The notes: generated by a model from the sequence alone, not told the origin. DNA of 63,874 bases, filler included, from Octopus bimaculoides (GCF_001194135.2; 7 parts of 7 records of this genome joined end to end with filler, not necessarily neighbours in it); one strand, 5' to 3'; numbered from the whole stretch's first letter, positions 26,410-40,597 are shown. Numbers and translations: made by a program.

Positions 26410-27495
26410 CAACAACAACAACATCAACAACAGCAACAATAATAATAATAATAATAANNNNNNNNNNNNNNNNNNNNNNNNNNNNNNNNNNNNNNNNNNN
26501 NNNNNNNNNNNNNNNNNNNNNNNNNNNNNNNNNNNNNNNNNNNNNNNNNNNNNNNNNNNNNNNNNNNNNNNNNNNNNNNNNNNNNNNNNNNNNNNNNNNN
26601 NNNNNNNNNNNNNNNNNNNNNNNNNNNNNNNNNNNNNNNNNNNNNNNNNNNNNNNNNNNNNNNNNNNNNNNNNNNNNNGGTGGTGGTGATGATGGTAGTG
26701 GTGGTAGCAGTGGTGGTGGTGGTTTTGCTTTGTTTCTGGTGGTGGTCATCGTTGGCATTGTGTTGGTGGTGATGCATAAGTGGCGGTGGTGGTGGTGGCG
26801 CTGAGAGTTTCGTCAGTGGTGAAGGCGTCGATGGCGCAAAAGAATCTACACAGGGGTCGGTAGTGGAGTGGGGGTGAGGTGGGGATGGTACAATACGAAG
26901 AATAGGGACGGCAGATCGGCGTATCGGTGGAACGGTGGAACGGCAGGGAATGACAGTGGTGAATTAGCGGGGAGCATGTGGAGCGGAGGTCGTCGCCATG
27001 TATGTGAGAAAGCTACAACAACAATGTAAAGATACTTGAATAGAATCATATATATTCCATTACAATGACTGTACGGAAAGCCGCTTCCATACTATTGAGG
27101 TAATTCAATATGATTTTCTCAAATACATAAATGTTGAGCACAGAAAACTCCCCGAGGAACGGTGAGGTTGTTGCTTTGGAGGGTTGTAATAGCCCCAGGG
27201 TGAAATAATGCAAAGGACACAACGCAATGGCTGCAATACAGAAAGCAAGTCTCACTAAGAGGCAAAGCAATATACGCAAGCCGAGAGAATTCATAGGTAA
27301 TCGTCACATTTAATCGAATCGTTCTGGCTGTTGTATGTACCTGTACTAACACTATTCGGGCCCCGAGGGGTCAGTCGGTTGCTCCATTGCATGCTCTCTA
27401 TGCTCCATGATTCTCACATTACTTATTTTGTTTGCCTTTATGTTTCTTTTATTCCATATTATTCTTATCACTATTATCATTATTATTATTATTGC

Positions 27496-27550
<55 letters not shown>

Positions 27551-28496
27551 GTTATTATTGTTATTAACATTGGTGTATCTTTTCTTTCCGTTTGTTTATT
27601 CTTCTTGCCTTTTTAATCATATCAAGTCATAAATGAAATCATATTCTTCCTGAGACGCTGTCATTTGTATTGACCAGTGAAAAGAAACTGGAGGCATTCT
27701 GCTTAAGAAGCCACGGATCTCGAGTCCTGAGGGGCTTATCACTTAACGAACGTCGCGGCCATTTTGTTTTGCTTTTGCTCTTGCTTTCTTTTTACTTTTA
27801 TTTGCACTATGGTCGATTCTCCGTTTCAGTCTCTTTACAATTTATGTCTAAAGCTCTTTCTTTCACCTCTCTCTTCCCGTTTGTGTATATATATTTTTTT
27901 ATTCTATCTCTTCTACCTCTCTCTCTCTCTCTCTATAACATTATTTCACTTTATGATTTTCGCTCTCTTGTCTTTCTGTAGGTTTTCGAATTCTTTCTCC
28001 TGTTCTCAGTCATGATTTCCCTTTCTATATCCCTTTTAATTTTCAGGATTCCTTGATGCTTCTATGCATTCATCATTTTACGCTCTTTCTGCTTCTCTGT
28101 ACTTCAGTCTTTCATATCATCTCTCTCTCTCTCTCCCTCTCTCTCTCTGTCCATCAACGTATACGCTTTCTAAATCATTTCTTCACTTTTGTCACCCTCA
28201 CATTCTCTCTTTATCTCTCACCATCCATTTCTCACTTCGATACTTTACCTACTTTCTATCTGCCTCCCTCTCTCTTTCTCTCTCTCCCTTCTTCTTTCTC
28301 TTTCTTTCTCTCTAAAAAAGAAAGTTTATTCATTTTTTTTCCCCTTTAATTCTTTCCGTATTTATATCATTCTATATATCAGAATCTCTCAATATTTTAA
28401 AAAACTATTTTTGTTTCTTGAGCATTATTTTATTTACTTCAATGTGTGTGAGTGTGCATGTGAGATATATAATATAATATAATATAACATAATATA

Positions 28497-28543
<47 letters not shown>

Positions 28544-30201
28544 CTTGTAGGTTACAGGTTTCCTATACTTGGATCTCTGGATCTTNNNNNNNNNNNNNNN
28601 NNNNNNNNNNNNNNNNNNNNNNNNNNNNNNNNNNNNNNNNNNNNNNNNNNNNNNNNNNNNNNNNNNNNNNNNNNNNNNNNNNNNNNNNNNNNNNNNNNNN
28701 NNNNNNNNNNNNNNNNNNNNNNNNNNNNNNNNNNNNNNNNNNNNNNNNNNNNNNNNNNNNNNNNNNNNNNNNNNNNNNNNNNNNNNNNNNNNNNNNNNNN
28801 NNNNNNNNNNNNNNNNNNNNNNNNNNNNNNNNNNNNNNNNNNNNNNNNNNNNNNNNNNNNNNNNNNNNNNNNNNNNNNNNNNNNNNNNNNNNNNNNNNNN
28901 NNNNNNNNNNNNNNNNNNNNNNNNNNNNNNNNNNNNNNNNNNNNNNNNNNNNNNNNNNNNNNNNNNNNNNNNNNNNNNNNNNNNNNNNNNNNNNNNNNNN
29001 NNNNNNNNNNNNNNNNNNNNNNNNNNNNNNNNNNNNNNNNNNNNNNNNNNNNNNNNNNNNNNNNNNNNNNNNNNNNNNNNNNNNNNNNNNNNNNNNNNNN
29101 NNNNNNNNNNNNNNNNNNNNNNNNNNNNNNNNNNNNNNNNNNNNNNNNNNNNNNNNNNNNNNNNNNNNNNNNNNNNNNNNNNNNNNNNNNNNNNNNNNNN
29201 NNNNNNNNNNNNNNNNNNNNNNNNNNNNNNNNNNNNNNNNNNNNNNNNNNNNNNNNNNNNNNNNNNNNNNNNNNNNNNNNNNNNNNNNNNNNNNNNNNNN
29301 NNNNNNNNNNNNNNNNNNNNNNNNNNNNNNNNNNNNNNNNNNNNNNNNNNNNNNNNNNNNNNNNNNNNNNNNNNNNNNNNNNNNNNNNNNNNNNNNNNNN
29401 NNNNNNNNNNNNNNNNNNNNNNNNNNNNNNNNNNNNNNNNNNNNNNNNNNNNNNNNNNNNNNNNNNNNNNNNNNNNNNNNNNNNNNNNNNNNNNNNNNNN
29501 NNNNNNNNNNNNNNNNNNNNNNNNNNNNNNNNNNNNNNNNNNNNNNNNNNNNNNNNNNNNNNNNNNNNNNATATATAGTTTCAAAAATAGATAGATATAC
29601 GTACACATATATCTATCTACTTGTACCTTTGTATGCATACATGCAGGTCTGTATGTATATATATATATATTATGTATAGAGGTATGTATATATGTATATG
29701 TATGTATGTTATGTGTCTATGTATGTTATGCATGTATGTTATGTATAACCACTTATCATGATATCTCGCAGATATAACAGAGAATGGACAGTCTCCAACA
29801 TCAGGATGGCCACAATTGGTTTGGAAGAGTTGCCCTCAAGAACAGGCTTTAACCGACACCTGCACTGAATACTGAAATCTGGCTGATGATGTCTTTACAC
29901 TACACTCTAATAATACAGCAATTATACGCTCTAAATACAGTATATACGGCAGCTGAGAACACGACTGGCGGCGACGTATCAAATTTATCAGTAAAAGTAC
30001 ACGAATACAAACACACACACGCATACACACATATGCACACACATACACGCACATACACACACACACTCAAACTCACACGCACTAACACACAAATACACAC
30101 AAACAAACGTACACATACATACTTATACCGACACTCACTTATATTAGTGTGTGTGTGTGAGTGTGCATATACATATATCTGTAACTATATCTAAGTATTT
30201 A

Positions 30202-30247
<46 letters not shown>

Positions 30248-30900
30248 NNNNNNNNNNNNNNNNNNNNNNNNNNNNNNNNNNNNNNNNNNNNNNNNNNNNN
30301 NNNNNNNNNNNNNNNNNNNNNNNNNNNNNNNNNNNNNNNNNNNNNNNNNNNNNNNNNNNNNNNNNNNNNNNNNNNNNNNNNNNNNNNNNNNNNNNNNNNN
30401 NNNNNNNNNNNNNNNNNNNNNNNNNNNNNNNNNNNNNNNNNNNNNNNNNNNNNNNNNNNNNNNNNNNNNNNNNNNNNNNNNNNNNNNNNNNNNNNNNNNN
30501 NNNNNNNNNNNNNNNNNNNNNNNNNNNNNNNNNNNNNNNNNNNNNNNNNNNNNNNNNNNNNNNNNNNNNNNNNNNNNNNNNNNNNNNNNNNNNNNNNNNN
30601 NNNNNNNNNNNNNNNNNNNNNNNNNNNNNNNNNNNNNNNNNNNNNNNNNNNNNNNNNNNNNNNNNNNNNNNNNNNNNNNNNNNNNNNNNNNNNNNNNNNN
30701 NNNNNNNNNNNNNNNNNNNNNNNNNNNNNNNNNNNNNNNNNNNNNNNNNNNNNNNNNNNNNNNNNNNNNNNNNNNNNNNNNNNNNNNNNNNNNNNNNNNN
30801 NNNNNNNNNNNNNNNNNNNNNNNNNNNNNNNNNNNNNNNNNNNNNNNNNNNNNNNNNNNNNNNNNNNNNNNNNNNNNNNNNNNNNNNNNNNNNNNNNNNN

Positions 30901-30956
<56 letters not shown>

Positions 30957-31407
30957 ATTCTCTGTCTCTCTTTCTCTCTTTCGCTATTTAAACATCCACC
31001 AACACATTCTTCCACGTGCACATATATTTTTGCGTGTATGTATGTGCGTGTGCGTGCGAAGGTACATGAATCCCTCCTCTCTCTCGCTCTTTATTACTAT
31101 ATATATATACACGCACACATTTATATATCTATATACATACATATACATACATGTGTGCATTTATGTATATATATATATATATATATATATTAAAAGAGTA
31201 GAAATATTTTATCGATGTGAAGAATTTTGTCAGTCCATTTTGTTTTCTGTTTTTTTTGTTTGTTTTGTCCTTTAAGGCAGTATATCGTTTTTGTTGCTCT
31301 AAAGAGAAAACATTATCTCTTTCTCTAATGATACGTTTTATAGGATCGCTCTGTTGGGTAGAGAAAACGGTCTTTCACTCTCGGGTGTGGTAATATGCTC
31401 TTTGGTG

Positions 31408-31840
31408 AAGGCGACGAGATGGCAGAAACGTTAGAACGCCGCGCGAAATGCTTAGCGGTATTTCGTCTGCCGTTATGTTCTGAGTTCAAATTCTGCCGAG
31501 GTCGACTTTGCCTTTCATCCTTTCGGGGTCGATAAATTAAGTACCAATTACGCACTGGGGTCGATGTAATCAGCTTCATCTCTTAGTCTGTCCTTGTTTG
31601 TCCCCTCTATGTTTAGCCCCTTGTGGGCAATAAAAAAATAAGAAACGTTACCCCGCCGGGCGAAATGCTTAGTGGTATTTCATCTGCCGTTACGTTCTGA
31701 GTTCAAATTCTGCCGAGGTCGACTTTGCCTTTCATCCTTTCGGGGTCGATAAATTACGTACCAGTTGCGTATCGGGGTCGATCTAATCGACTGCTCTCCA
31801 CTTAAAAATTTCGGGCCTTGTGCCTAGAGTAGCAAAGAAT
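31408..31840 (+). mobile_element. Dimeric SINE family A (A1 full monomer plus 5'-truncated A2 monomer)
   Basis: tRNA-like head (B box gagttcaaatt), central gtcgactttgcctttcatcctttcggggtcgataaattaagtacc (resembles the Meta/Sauria-SINE domain, from recall), junction aataag|aaacgtta at 31642/31643. Confidence 0.9.
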
Positions 31841-31924
31841 ATTGCCAGACATCGCCCGTCAAGGACTTTTACCAATAGAACATAATCAATAAATATTTTG
31901 GGACAGATACGTTTAAAAACTTTT

Positions 31925-32105
31925 CTTAGCACAAGGTTAGTAATTTCGGGCTTGGAGGTAATTTGATTACAGCAACCCCAGTATATGACTGGTACTTATT
32001 TCATCGACCCTGAAAGGATGAAAGGCAAGGTCAACCCCGGTCGAATACGAACTCAGAATGTAACGAGGTACAAAGACCACTAACGATTCTGCTAGCTCGC
32101 TACCA
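31925..32105 (-). mobile_element. SINE family A, diverged
   Basis: actggtacttatttcatcgaccctgaaaggatgaaaggcaaggtcaacc. Confidence 0.8.
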
Positions 32106-32242
32106 TATAGAAAGGTTTCAGTTCTGGTCATTTTATTCTATGAATCTGAAAACCACATATTCTACCTCACTCTCTTAATTTCTGCCTTCATCTCTCATTC
32201 TCCTTTCCCCTAAATTTCTTTCTCTCTGTCTGTCTGTCTCTT

Positions 32243-32283
<41 letters not shown>

Positions 32284-33945
32284 NNNNNNNNNNNNNNNNN
32301 NNNNNNNNNNNNNNNNNNNNNNNNNNNNNNNNNNNNNNNNNNNNNNNNNNNNNNNNNNNNNNNNNNNNNNNNNNNNNNNNNNNNNNNNNNNNNNNNNNNN
32401 NNNNNNNNNNNNNNNNNNNNNNNNNNNNNNNNNNNNNNNNNNNNNNNNNNNNNNNNNNNNNNNNNNNNNNNNNNNNNNNNNNNNNNNNNNNNNNNNNNNN
32501 NNNNNNNNNNNNNNNNNNNNNNNNNNNNNNNNNNNNNNNNNNNNNNNNNNNNNNNNNNNNNNNNNNNNNNNNNNNNNNNNNNNNNNNNNNNNNNNNNNNN
32601 NNNNNNNNNNNNNNNNNNNNNNNNNNNNNNNNNNNNNNNNNNNNNNNNNNNNNNNNNNNNNNNNNNNNNNNNNNNNNNNNNNNNNNNNNNNNNNNNNNNN
32701 NNNNNNNNNNNNNNNNNNNNNNNNNNNNNNNNNNNNNNNNNNNNNNNNNNNNNNNNNNNNNNNNNNNNNNNNNNNNNNNNNNNNNNNNNNNNNNNNNNNN
32801 NNNNNNNNNNNNNNNNNNNNNNNNNNNNNNNNNNNNNNNNNNNNNNNNNNTCTTCATCCTGTGCCGTCTTCTGCGATAGATTCTTAATCCTTCATATTCC
32901 AGCAAGTCTGTCCGCCGCCTGTTTCAATTCTTCTCTTCTCAAAAAAAAAAAAGAATAAATGTTTCTAATTATGGGACTTCGCTCCCATCCCACCCCATAC
33001 CCATGCCTGGATTGTTCGAGGGCCAAGGAATGGCTACAGCGAGACGAGGAGAATCGCCTGGTGTTTGTTAATCGTTGCACAGCTATTGATGCAGCGTTAA
33101 CAATTACTGAGCAAACCTAGGATGAAACTTACGGTTATAACCAATCTCGTTATATGTTTACACACTGCAACACTAACCGTATGCAAGCTACTAACTACAG
33201 TTTTCTGAAGCTTCTGTAACTGCTGAGTATCTAAACAGGCTGGTTGCTTTGTTTCTTTGGAATTGGTCAAACTGATGCAGACACCTGTGATGAGAAAACA
33301 ATAAGATTAAAAAATCCATTAAGCTTATTCATCAATCTTATTAATGCATTGAGAAATAGGTAAATTAGCCCTGCCTATATATCTGCAATATAGATTACCT
33401 GTATTATATAATACCGTGTTACTGTACGACTAAGATACCCGTTGACAAGCAAATAAAGTGTTAACTCTTAAGGTATACAAATTAGCAGGTCCGGTTTTCT
33501 GTAGCTAGTGTAATTGGTGATTTAAAAAAAAAAAAGAAAAAAAAAAGGAGCGGCTACTCTTTTCTCTAGGATTGGTAAAATTGGTGTAGACATATCTGAT
33601 GAAAATCCAATAAGATTCGAAAACTGATTGTGGTTAATCATCATTTTTTTTTTTACAATCTACACAGAAATAACTAAATTTCCTTCGTTTATATACCTTC
33701 CATATAAGTTACATATGTTATCAGATGAATAGTTACTTTGCGTGATTAGGTTAGTAGGTAGGATTTGCAGTGGATACTACAGCTGTTTCTTGCAGTTCCT
33801 CTCATGACGTAGTGGTTCAAATGTTGTAGTCTATTTTGACGATCATCAATCTATCTATTTATCTATCTAATTTTCCAGCGGATGTATCAACCGTTACCAA
33901 TATAGCATAAGAACTTACCTTACAAATTTAAAAGTTAAAAACCTT

Positions 33946-33986
<41 letters not shown>

Positions 33987-34820
33987 TCGCGCGCACATTT
34001 ATGTATACACATACATACACATATATATATGTATGACGTAATATATATATACAGCATACGTGCGTACATTCACATATGTTCTCACACTTATACACATACG
34101 TACGTATATATATTCGTACATACACAATAGTAGTCGCATATAAATGTATACGAGTTTGAGTGTATAAATTTACGCATATGAGCATACGTGTGCATATTTG
34201 TTTGTGCACGAACATGTATATATATATATATATATATGCATCATGCACGCGTGCGTATGTGTGTGCATTGTCTCACGTGTCTCTCTCTTGAATGACTATT
34301 TTATAATCAGAACCATACAGCTAATCTAAGACTAATACTTTTGTTTTCATTTCTCGCTGAAGGAGCAGCATTGACCTTTCAGTGGGGTCGTTATGGTGCA
34401 TGTGCACTTGCGAGCAAGTCAAGTGTGTGTGCATGTGTTTGTGATCGTAAGATAGGTAGCGATAGAAAGAGAGAAAGAAGCGTGGAGATAAAGAGAATGA
34501 AAAAAAAAAGGAGAGGTTGCGCACACTCACGACTGGATTATGAGGGAGGGGATGAAGGACGGTGGTGATGGGTATTTTGTTGGTGGCGGTAGTGGAGTAG
34601 CGATGTGTAAGGGGTGTAATGGGTGTTGTTACGAGGATGAGGATGATCAGCGGAGTGGTGTTGGGACCATCAGAAAGTAGATATGAGTGGTGTTGGGACC
34701 AAAGTGCGGAACCAACGGAGAGACTGGATTGTGATCTGACCTCCTGTGCAACTTGGAAGATAAAAATCAGTCATCAATGTGTGTGTGTATGTATATATAT
34801 ATATATGTGTGTGTGTGTGT

Positions 34821-34862
<42 letters not shown>

Positions 34863-34953
34863 ATGTGTGTGTGTTTGCGTAGATATAAATTTATATCTAT
34901 CTATACATCTATCTGTCTTTGTTAATGTATATGTATATATCAGTAAATATACG

Positions 34954-35065
<112 letters not shown>

Positions 35066-35143
35066 ACCAAACAAACACAGACGAATACACATATGTAAGC
35101 ATGTATGGGTGTGAATGTATGTGTATACATATATGTATATATA

Positions 35144-36020
35144 TTGGGCTATCCCATAAATAATACGTTTTTCTATATATTTCTTTTATTTTTTAAAATT
35201 GAGATAAACAAAGTTCTTTTCAATCTAAAATATACTCTCCTTCATTTTCTACAATGCTCTTCCTTCTATCTGGTAGATTTGCAAGGCCCTTCTTTCAAAA
35301 TTCACTTATCCCTGACGAAAAATGCTCATGCAGTTCTGTTCTTACTTCGTCTAAAGAAGTCATATTTTTTCCGTCCAAACGACTTTGAAGACTTTGGAAT
35401 AAATAATAATCAGATGGAGCAATGTCCGGCCAAACATAATGCGTAGGGCATCGTTTCCAGTTCAAACTTCTCCAGCCTTTGGAATGTCATCCTCACTGTA
35501 TGTAGCCGAGCACTATCCTGATGGAAGAACAACTTTCGTCTTGAAACCAAAGATGGTCGGTTTTTTTCTAGCGCTGGTTTAAACCGCTCAAGCTGCTCGC
35601 AGTATATCTCCTTTGTTATCGTCTGGTTTAGGTTTAAAAGTTCAAGGTGGACTAAACCTTTCATATCCCACCAAATAGATAACACCTTACGTGGGTGAAA
35701 AACCTTCTTTAGCCTGGGGTGCCGATCTTTCTCCTTTCTCTAACCACTGGCTTCGGTGATTGACATTTCTATAGAGAACCCATTTCTCGTCAACAGTCAC
35801 TATTCGGTCCAAAAAAGGTTTATTCGCGAGACGTGACAGCAAGTAGAGCATACATTCACTCTCTGCGCGCGATTAGACTCGGAAAGTTTGTGAGGAACCC
35901 ATTGGACCAATTTGCTGACTTTTCCGATGGCACGCAGGTGTCGATGAATGGTTGAATGACCAAATACAGGCCTCTCTGCTAGTTCCTCAGCAGTTACGAT
36001 GGGATTGTAGTAGAAATATA
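35144..36020 (-). mobile_element. Mariner (DD34D) transposon, 5'-truncated, degenerate transposase, one TIR
   Basis: Minus strand IHRHLRAIGKVSKLGQWVPHKLSESNRAQRV..., PFLDRIVT.DEKWVLY, SIWWDMKGLVHLELL..NQTI..E.YCEQL.R...AL..NRP.L.SRRK.FFHQDSAR.H. Terminal TA|ttgggctatcccataaataat resembles cecropia/mellifera-type TIRs. Confidence 0.92.
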
Positions 36021-36866
36021 TAGTCAGTACAAGGTGCTGATGTGGCTGCGTGTATGCTATTACAACAGTTCATAAAGGCATATTTGAAACAGCCCTAATC
36101 CTATAATAAATAAGTAAATAAATGTATGTAACTCGTTATTTCTATCTATTTTCAATACATATAAATATGTGTGTATGCTTGTGTGTTTATATGTGTATAT
36201 ATATGTAAATATGTATGTATACACACATATATACATATGTATATGCTTATGTAAGTGAGTACAAGTGTGTGTCTGTGTATACGTGTATGTAAACAATAAA
36301 GTGAAGGATTGATACTATCTATATATGCGTTTCGAGTCATGTAAGAGTGTGCATGAGTGGGAGTAGGGGTGGGGACGAGAAAGAGAAAGGAAGAAAAGAA
36401 AGTTGAGTTTAGTTAGTTTAAGTTCATTCGAAGACCGGGCTTTCGGTGAATGTAACACTAACAATAGAGTTCACGTGCGTTGGACACCCTAACACCATCG
36501 CTACACCGCCGTACAATACAAACACACGAGCCAACGTGTACTGGTGCCCCTGTAGCTCTCCATTGCACATTGTGGCGCTGACTTTTTAAAAAAAAACTGT
36601 AGATTCTAATATGAGAATAATTTGGTTGCTATTTCTTTCAGATCGTGTGACCACGTATGGTTGCCGCATTGTATTGTTGTCGTTGTTGTTGGTGGCGGTG
36701 GAGCTGGTGCTGGTGGTGTTGTTGGTGGTGGTGGTGGAGGGGAGGGGAGGTAGTAGTTTTGGTGGTGCTTGTTGATGCTGATGTTAGTGGTGTTGGTGGT
36801 GGTTGTGATGCTACTTGTTGATGTTGTTGTTAGTGGTGGTGGTGGTGGTGGTGGTGGTCGCAACCT

Positions 36867-37090
36867 AAGTGGCGAGCTGGCAGAAACATTAGCACTCCTG
36901 GGCGAAATGCTTAGCTGTATTTCGTCTGCCGTTACGTTCTGAGTTCAAATTCCGCCGAGGTCGACTTTGCCTTTCATCCTTTCGGGGTCGATAAATAAAG
37001 TACCAGTTATGCACTGGGGTCGATATAATCGATTTAATCCCTTTGTCTGTCCCCTCTATGTTTAGCCCCTTGTGGATAATAAAGAAATAA
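36867..37090 (+). mobile_element. SINE family A1 monomer
   Basis: Complete A1 head, body and tail; flanks caacctaagtgg / caaactaagtgg resemble an imperfect TSD. Confidence 0.9.
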
Positions 37091-37419
37091 CAAACTAAGT
37101 GGATACAATAACTGTGTCGACGGAAGAACACTTAGTATCGTGTCTGTCAATGTACCTGTTCTGCTCTAGAAATACCTACCCAGCATCCTTCAAATCACAG
37201 ATTACTGTTTAAAACTGAAAAAGAAAACAAAATGAAGATCATATTGGATATTAAGTCTGAGAATAATAATTTTCTGAATAAAAGACAGAATGGTAATGAC
37301 TGGAATGTCATTGTTTATTATTGTTGCCGTACTTTTTCATTAAGGTCAAGCTTAGCGAGAAACTAATAACAGGTCTGGCAAAGAAAAATAGCACAAAAAA
37401 AAAAAAAAAGAAACAGAAA

Positions 37420-37598
37420 AATCTGCCGCCAAGGTAAGCAATTTCGGAGAAGAGATAAGTGGATTATATCAACCCAAGAGTTGCATTGGTTCTTATTTTA
37501 ACGGCCCCGAATAGGAAGAAAGTTAAAGTCGACTTCAGTGGTATTCGAACTCAGAACGTAAAGACGAACGAAATGACGTTAAGCGTTTCTCCCGGCGT
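37420..37598 (-). mobile_element. SINE family A, diverged
   Basis: aaagtcgacttcagtggtattcgaactcagaacgtaaagacgaacgaaat. Confidence 0.75.
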
Positions 37599-37608
37599 NN
37601 NNNNNNNN

Positions 37609-37923
37609 GGGTCGATAAATTAAGTACCAGTTACGCACTGGGGTCGATGTAATCGGCATAATCCGTTTGTCTGTCCTTGTTTGTCCCCTCTATGTTTAGC
37701 CCCTTGAGGGCAATAAAGAAATAAGAAACGTTAGCACGCCGGGCGAAATGTTTAGCGGTACTTCGTCTGCCGCTACGTCTGAGTTCAAATTCCGCCGAGG
37801 TTGACTTTGCCTTTCATCCTTTCGGGGTCGATAAATCAAGTGCCAGTGGCGTACTGGAGTCGATATAATCGACTGACCCCTCCCCAAAAATTTCGGGCCA
37901 TGTGCCTTGAGTAGAAAAGAATA
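37609..37923 (+). mobile_element. Dimeric SINE family A (second copy, left monomer cut by a gap)
   Basis: Same junction aaataag|aaacgttagcacgcc at 37725/37726 and same A2 tail as 31408-31840. Confidence 0.88.
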
Positions 37924-38744
37924 ATACAACCACTAAAAAGGAAGCTATGACCATCGGCAGTACTAACTGGTACTACCACCAAATCAATAACACAAGCATC
38001 AACAACAAAAACATCACAATCTACTACAACTACTACTACAATCACCACAAAGCTACCACCGCACCAAAACTATTTCCACTACAAAAGCCACCATCGCATG
38101 GCACCTACATCACCATTGCAAACTACCACCACAACAACCAGCTATATGAACACCCACACTCGTTCACAGTCACTTCGTCACCCAACCGACCATCCACCCG
38201 CTAACCATTCCTCACCCCTCCCCACCACACCTTATTTCNNNNNNNNNNNNNNNNNNNNNNNNNNNNNNNNNNNNNNNNNNNNNNNNNNNNNNNNNNNNNN
38301 NNNNNNNNNNNNNNNNNNNNNNNNNNNNNNNNNNNNNNNNNNNNNNNNNNNNNNNNNNNNNNNNNNNNNNNNNNNNNNNGGGGTGTTTGTTGTTTTGGTT
38401 GAAGAGGATGGGGTGGAAGTGGGTGGTGGTGGTGGTGGTGGCAATCAGGGTGTTGTAAGCTGTTGTTACGGTTGTTCTTGTTGGTTTTTTTTACTCTTTT
38501 TTTATTTTTGAAAGTAGTGGTGGTGGGAGTAGGGAAGTATGTGTTGTTGTTGTTGTTGTTCGAGCTGTTGTAGTTATGAGTATGCTGGATAGAGATTTAG
38601 CTTTTATTTCTAGTATGTTGGTCGACCGTGTAAAGGTTCGATGAAATGGTCGTGGCGCTGATGATGCTTGTAATATTGTTAGTGGTGATTGAGGAGATGG
38701 CAGCGTCGGTGGTGGTGGTGTTGGTGGTGGTGTTGGTGGTGTTG

Positions 38745-38776
<32 letters not shown>

Positions 38777-39373
38777 GGTGGTGGTGTTGGTAGTTACAGA
38801 TCATTTATCAGGTGGAAACATCTATCTTCACCAATATTTTTTTACCAGTTATCAATTGAATTCGGCCTCCGCAATCTGCGAGAAATGCTAATTTGTAAAA
38901 GACTAGCGTTTTATCCAGGAGTGGAGGTACGCATTCCGTCATCTTTGCCCATATTAAAACACCAAATGTGTACAAACTAATGAGGTAACCTCTACATGGT
39001 CGTTCGATTTTCTGGAGACAGCAACGAAATTTCCCTATTATCATAAACATGTTTTCTAAAAGTAAATAACAGATGACTCATAAAAGACCATCGGATGAAA
39101 ATTGGGATGGTCACGGTTGGAAAAGCTTTGATCGGCTCTGACTGCTACAAGAACGATACGTAGACATAAGAGCTCACATGACATTAAACTCCATCCAATA
39201 TGGATATGGAAATTATAATTGCGGTGTTAGTTATTTCTCTCTGAACTGGTAGACATCTGTCATTTACGTATTCATTTAATAACATCACCCAAACAGGGAT
39301 CCAGTTGATCATTTTCCTTTTTTTTTTAACCCGTATCATATTTACTCTCCCTAAAACTGTTAATGTAACTCAT

Positions 39374-39414
<41 letters not shown>

Positions 39415-39446
39415 TATGTACATTTCTAAAATATAATTCTTTATAG

Positions 39447-39652
39447 GTGGCAGAATCGTTAGCACACCAGGCAAAATGGTTAGTGGCATTTCGTCTGCCT
39501 GGACGTTCTGAGTTCAAATTCCACCGAGGTCGACTTTGCATTTCATCCTTTCGGGGTCAATAAGATAAGCCCCAGTTCCGCACTGGCGTCGATGTAGTCG
39601 ACTAGTCCCGTCCACCAAATTTTCAGGTCTTGTGCCTATAGTAGAAAAGAAA
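39447..39652 (+). mobile_element. SINE family A2
   Basis: ggcagaatcgttagcac...gagttcaaattccaccgaggtcgactttgc...ttgtgcctatagtagaaaagaa. Confidence 0.88.
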
Positions 39653-39675
39653 TTAAGAGACCTTGTTCTAATCTA

Positions 39676-39866
39676 CGAAGGGATGCGGAAAAGTTCTTGG
39701 CTTTGGGTAAAAGAAAAAATACAGGCGGATCAATTAATTATGATTTTATTCAACATATTCCCCTCTCAGATTCACACACTTATTGCAGCGGTCCTTCAGT
39801 TTTTCTAAGCCCTGGAAAAGAACTCAGAAGTTTGGGCCTCCATCCAGGCTGTTCAGCACCCCCTCG
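39676..39866. mobile_element. Mariner-derived MITE (irritans/Hsmar2-like ends), TA TSD
   Basis: TA|cgaagggatgcggaaaagttcttggc ... ggctgttcagcaccccctcg|TA; right TIR partly deleted; ~191 bp, no ORF. Confidence 0.75.
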
Positions 39867-40597
39867 TAAATGTAATTGTCTTGATTTTAAACATATCTGT
39901 ATGAATACAGACATACACACACGCATGCGCATCAAACACGCGTGTGAGTGTGTGATCTTAATTTAGATTAGTGTTTAAGGTGTGGCGTGTGGGGAATCTC
40001 CGATGCGTTAATTACATCGGCTTTTGTTTTTGTTGTTAATCATGTTCCTTCACCTCCATCAGCCATGTCATTCCAACCGTGGCTTTCTCCGTGTTTACCC
40101 AAGTATAGTGCGCAGAGATCCACATTGCCGAACGTATTCTTACATTCCAAGATGGTACGGTGTAATTTGAAGAAGAGTTAGCTGCTATTTCTAGCATGTA
40201 CATAAGCCCTTATGTTATCCATTGGTTTTATAGGAAGTGGTGTGGGTATGTTGTTCTAGTAGTTGTAGTTTGGGAGATAGTGGCAGTACTACTAGTGTTC
40301 TGATACTAGGTATAGTACTAGTATTGTTTGTAGGTAGTCATAGTGGGGATAGATGTAGAGGCGGTTGTACTAGTGTTGTTGGTGGTGTGTTTTTGTTCAT
40401 GCAGATTTGGAGTGATGAAATGGTAGTGTTGATGTTTTTTTTTAATCCGTCCTGTCCCAGTAGACCAAACTAGGCTCAAGTCTTTCCGCAGCCATCTTGC
40501 TTTGCCTTGCCTTGCCTTGGGCCTTACTGCCGGATGAAGTCGTTGTGACATGCGACGGCTTGCGCTGGGTATTTAGACCTGAGGGGGGGGGACAAAG

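Noticed and set aside
27046-27352. Hydrophobic minus-strand ORFs resembling a signal peptide
   Set aside because: Two overlapping frames are equally open, with no recognisable domain or consistent splice pattern.
29770-29840. Similarity cagagaatggaca..aacatc.gg to the Dong RT region near 59560
   Set aside because: Only about 22 matching nt; insufficient to call a fragment.
33596-33630. CTGATGA-aaatc caataa gattc-GAAA hammerhead core
   Set aside because: Stem II is plausible, but no compatible stem I/III with a UH triplet could be built in type I or III topology.
40528-40565. CGGATGA-A-GTCG..CGAC hairpin
   Set aside because: U4 is changed and GAAA is absent.
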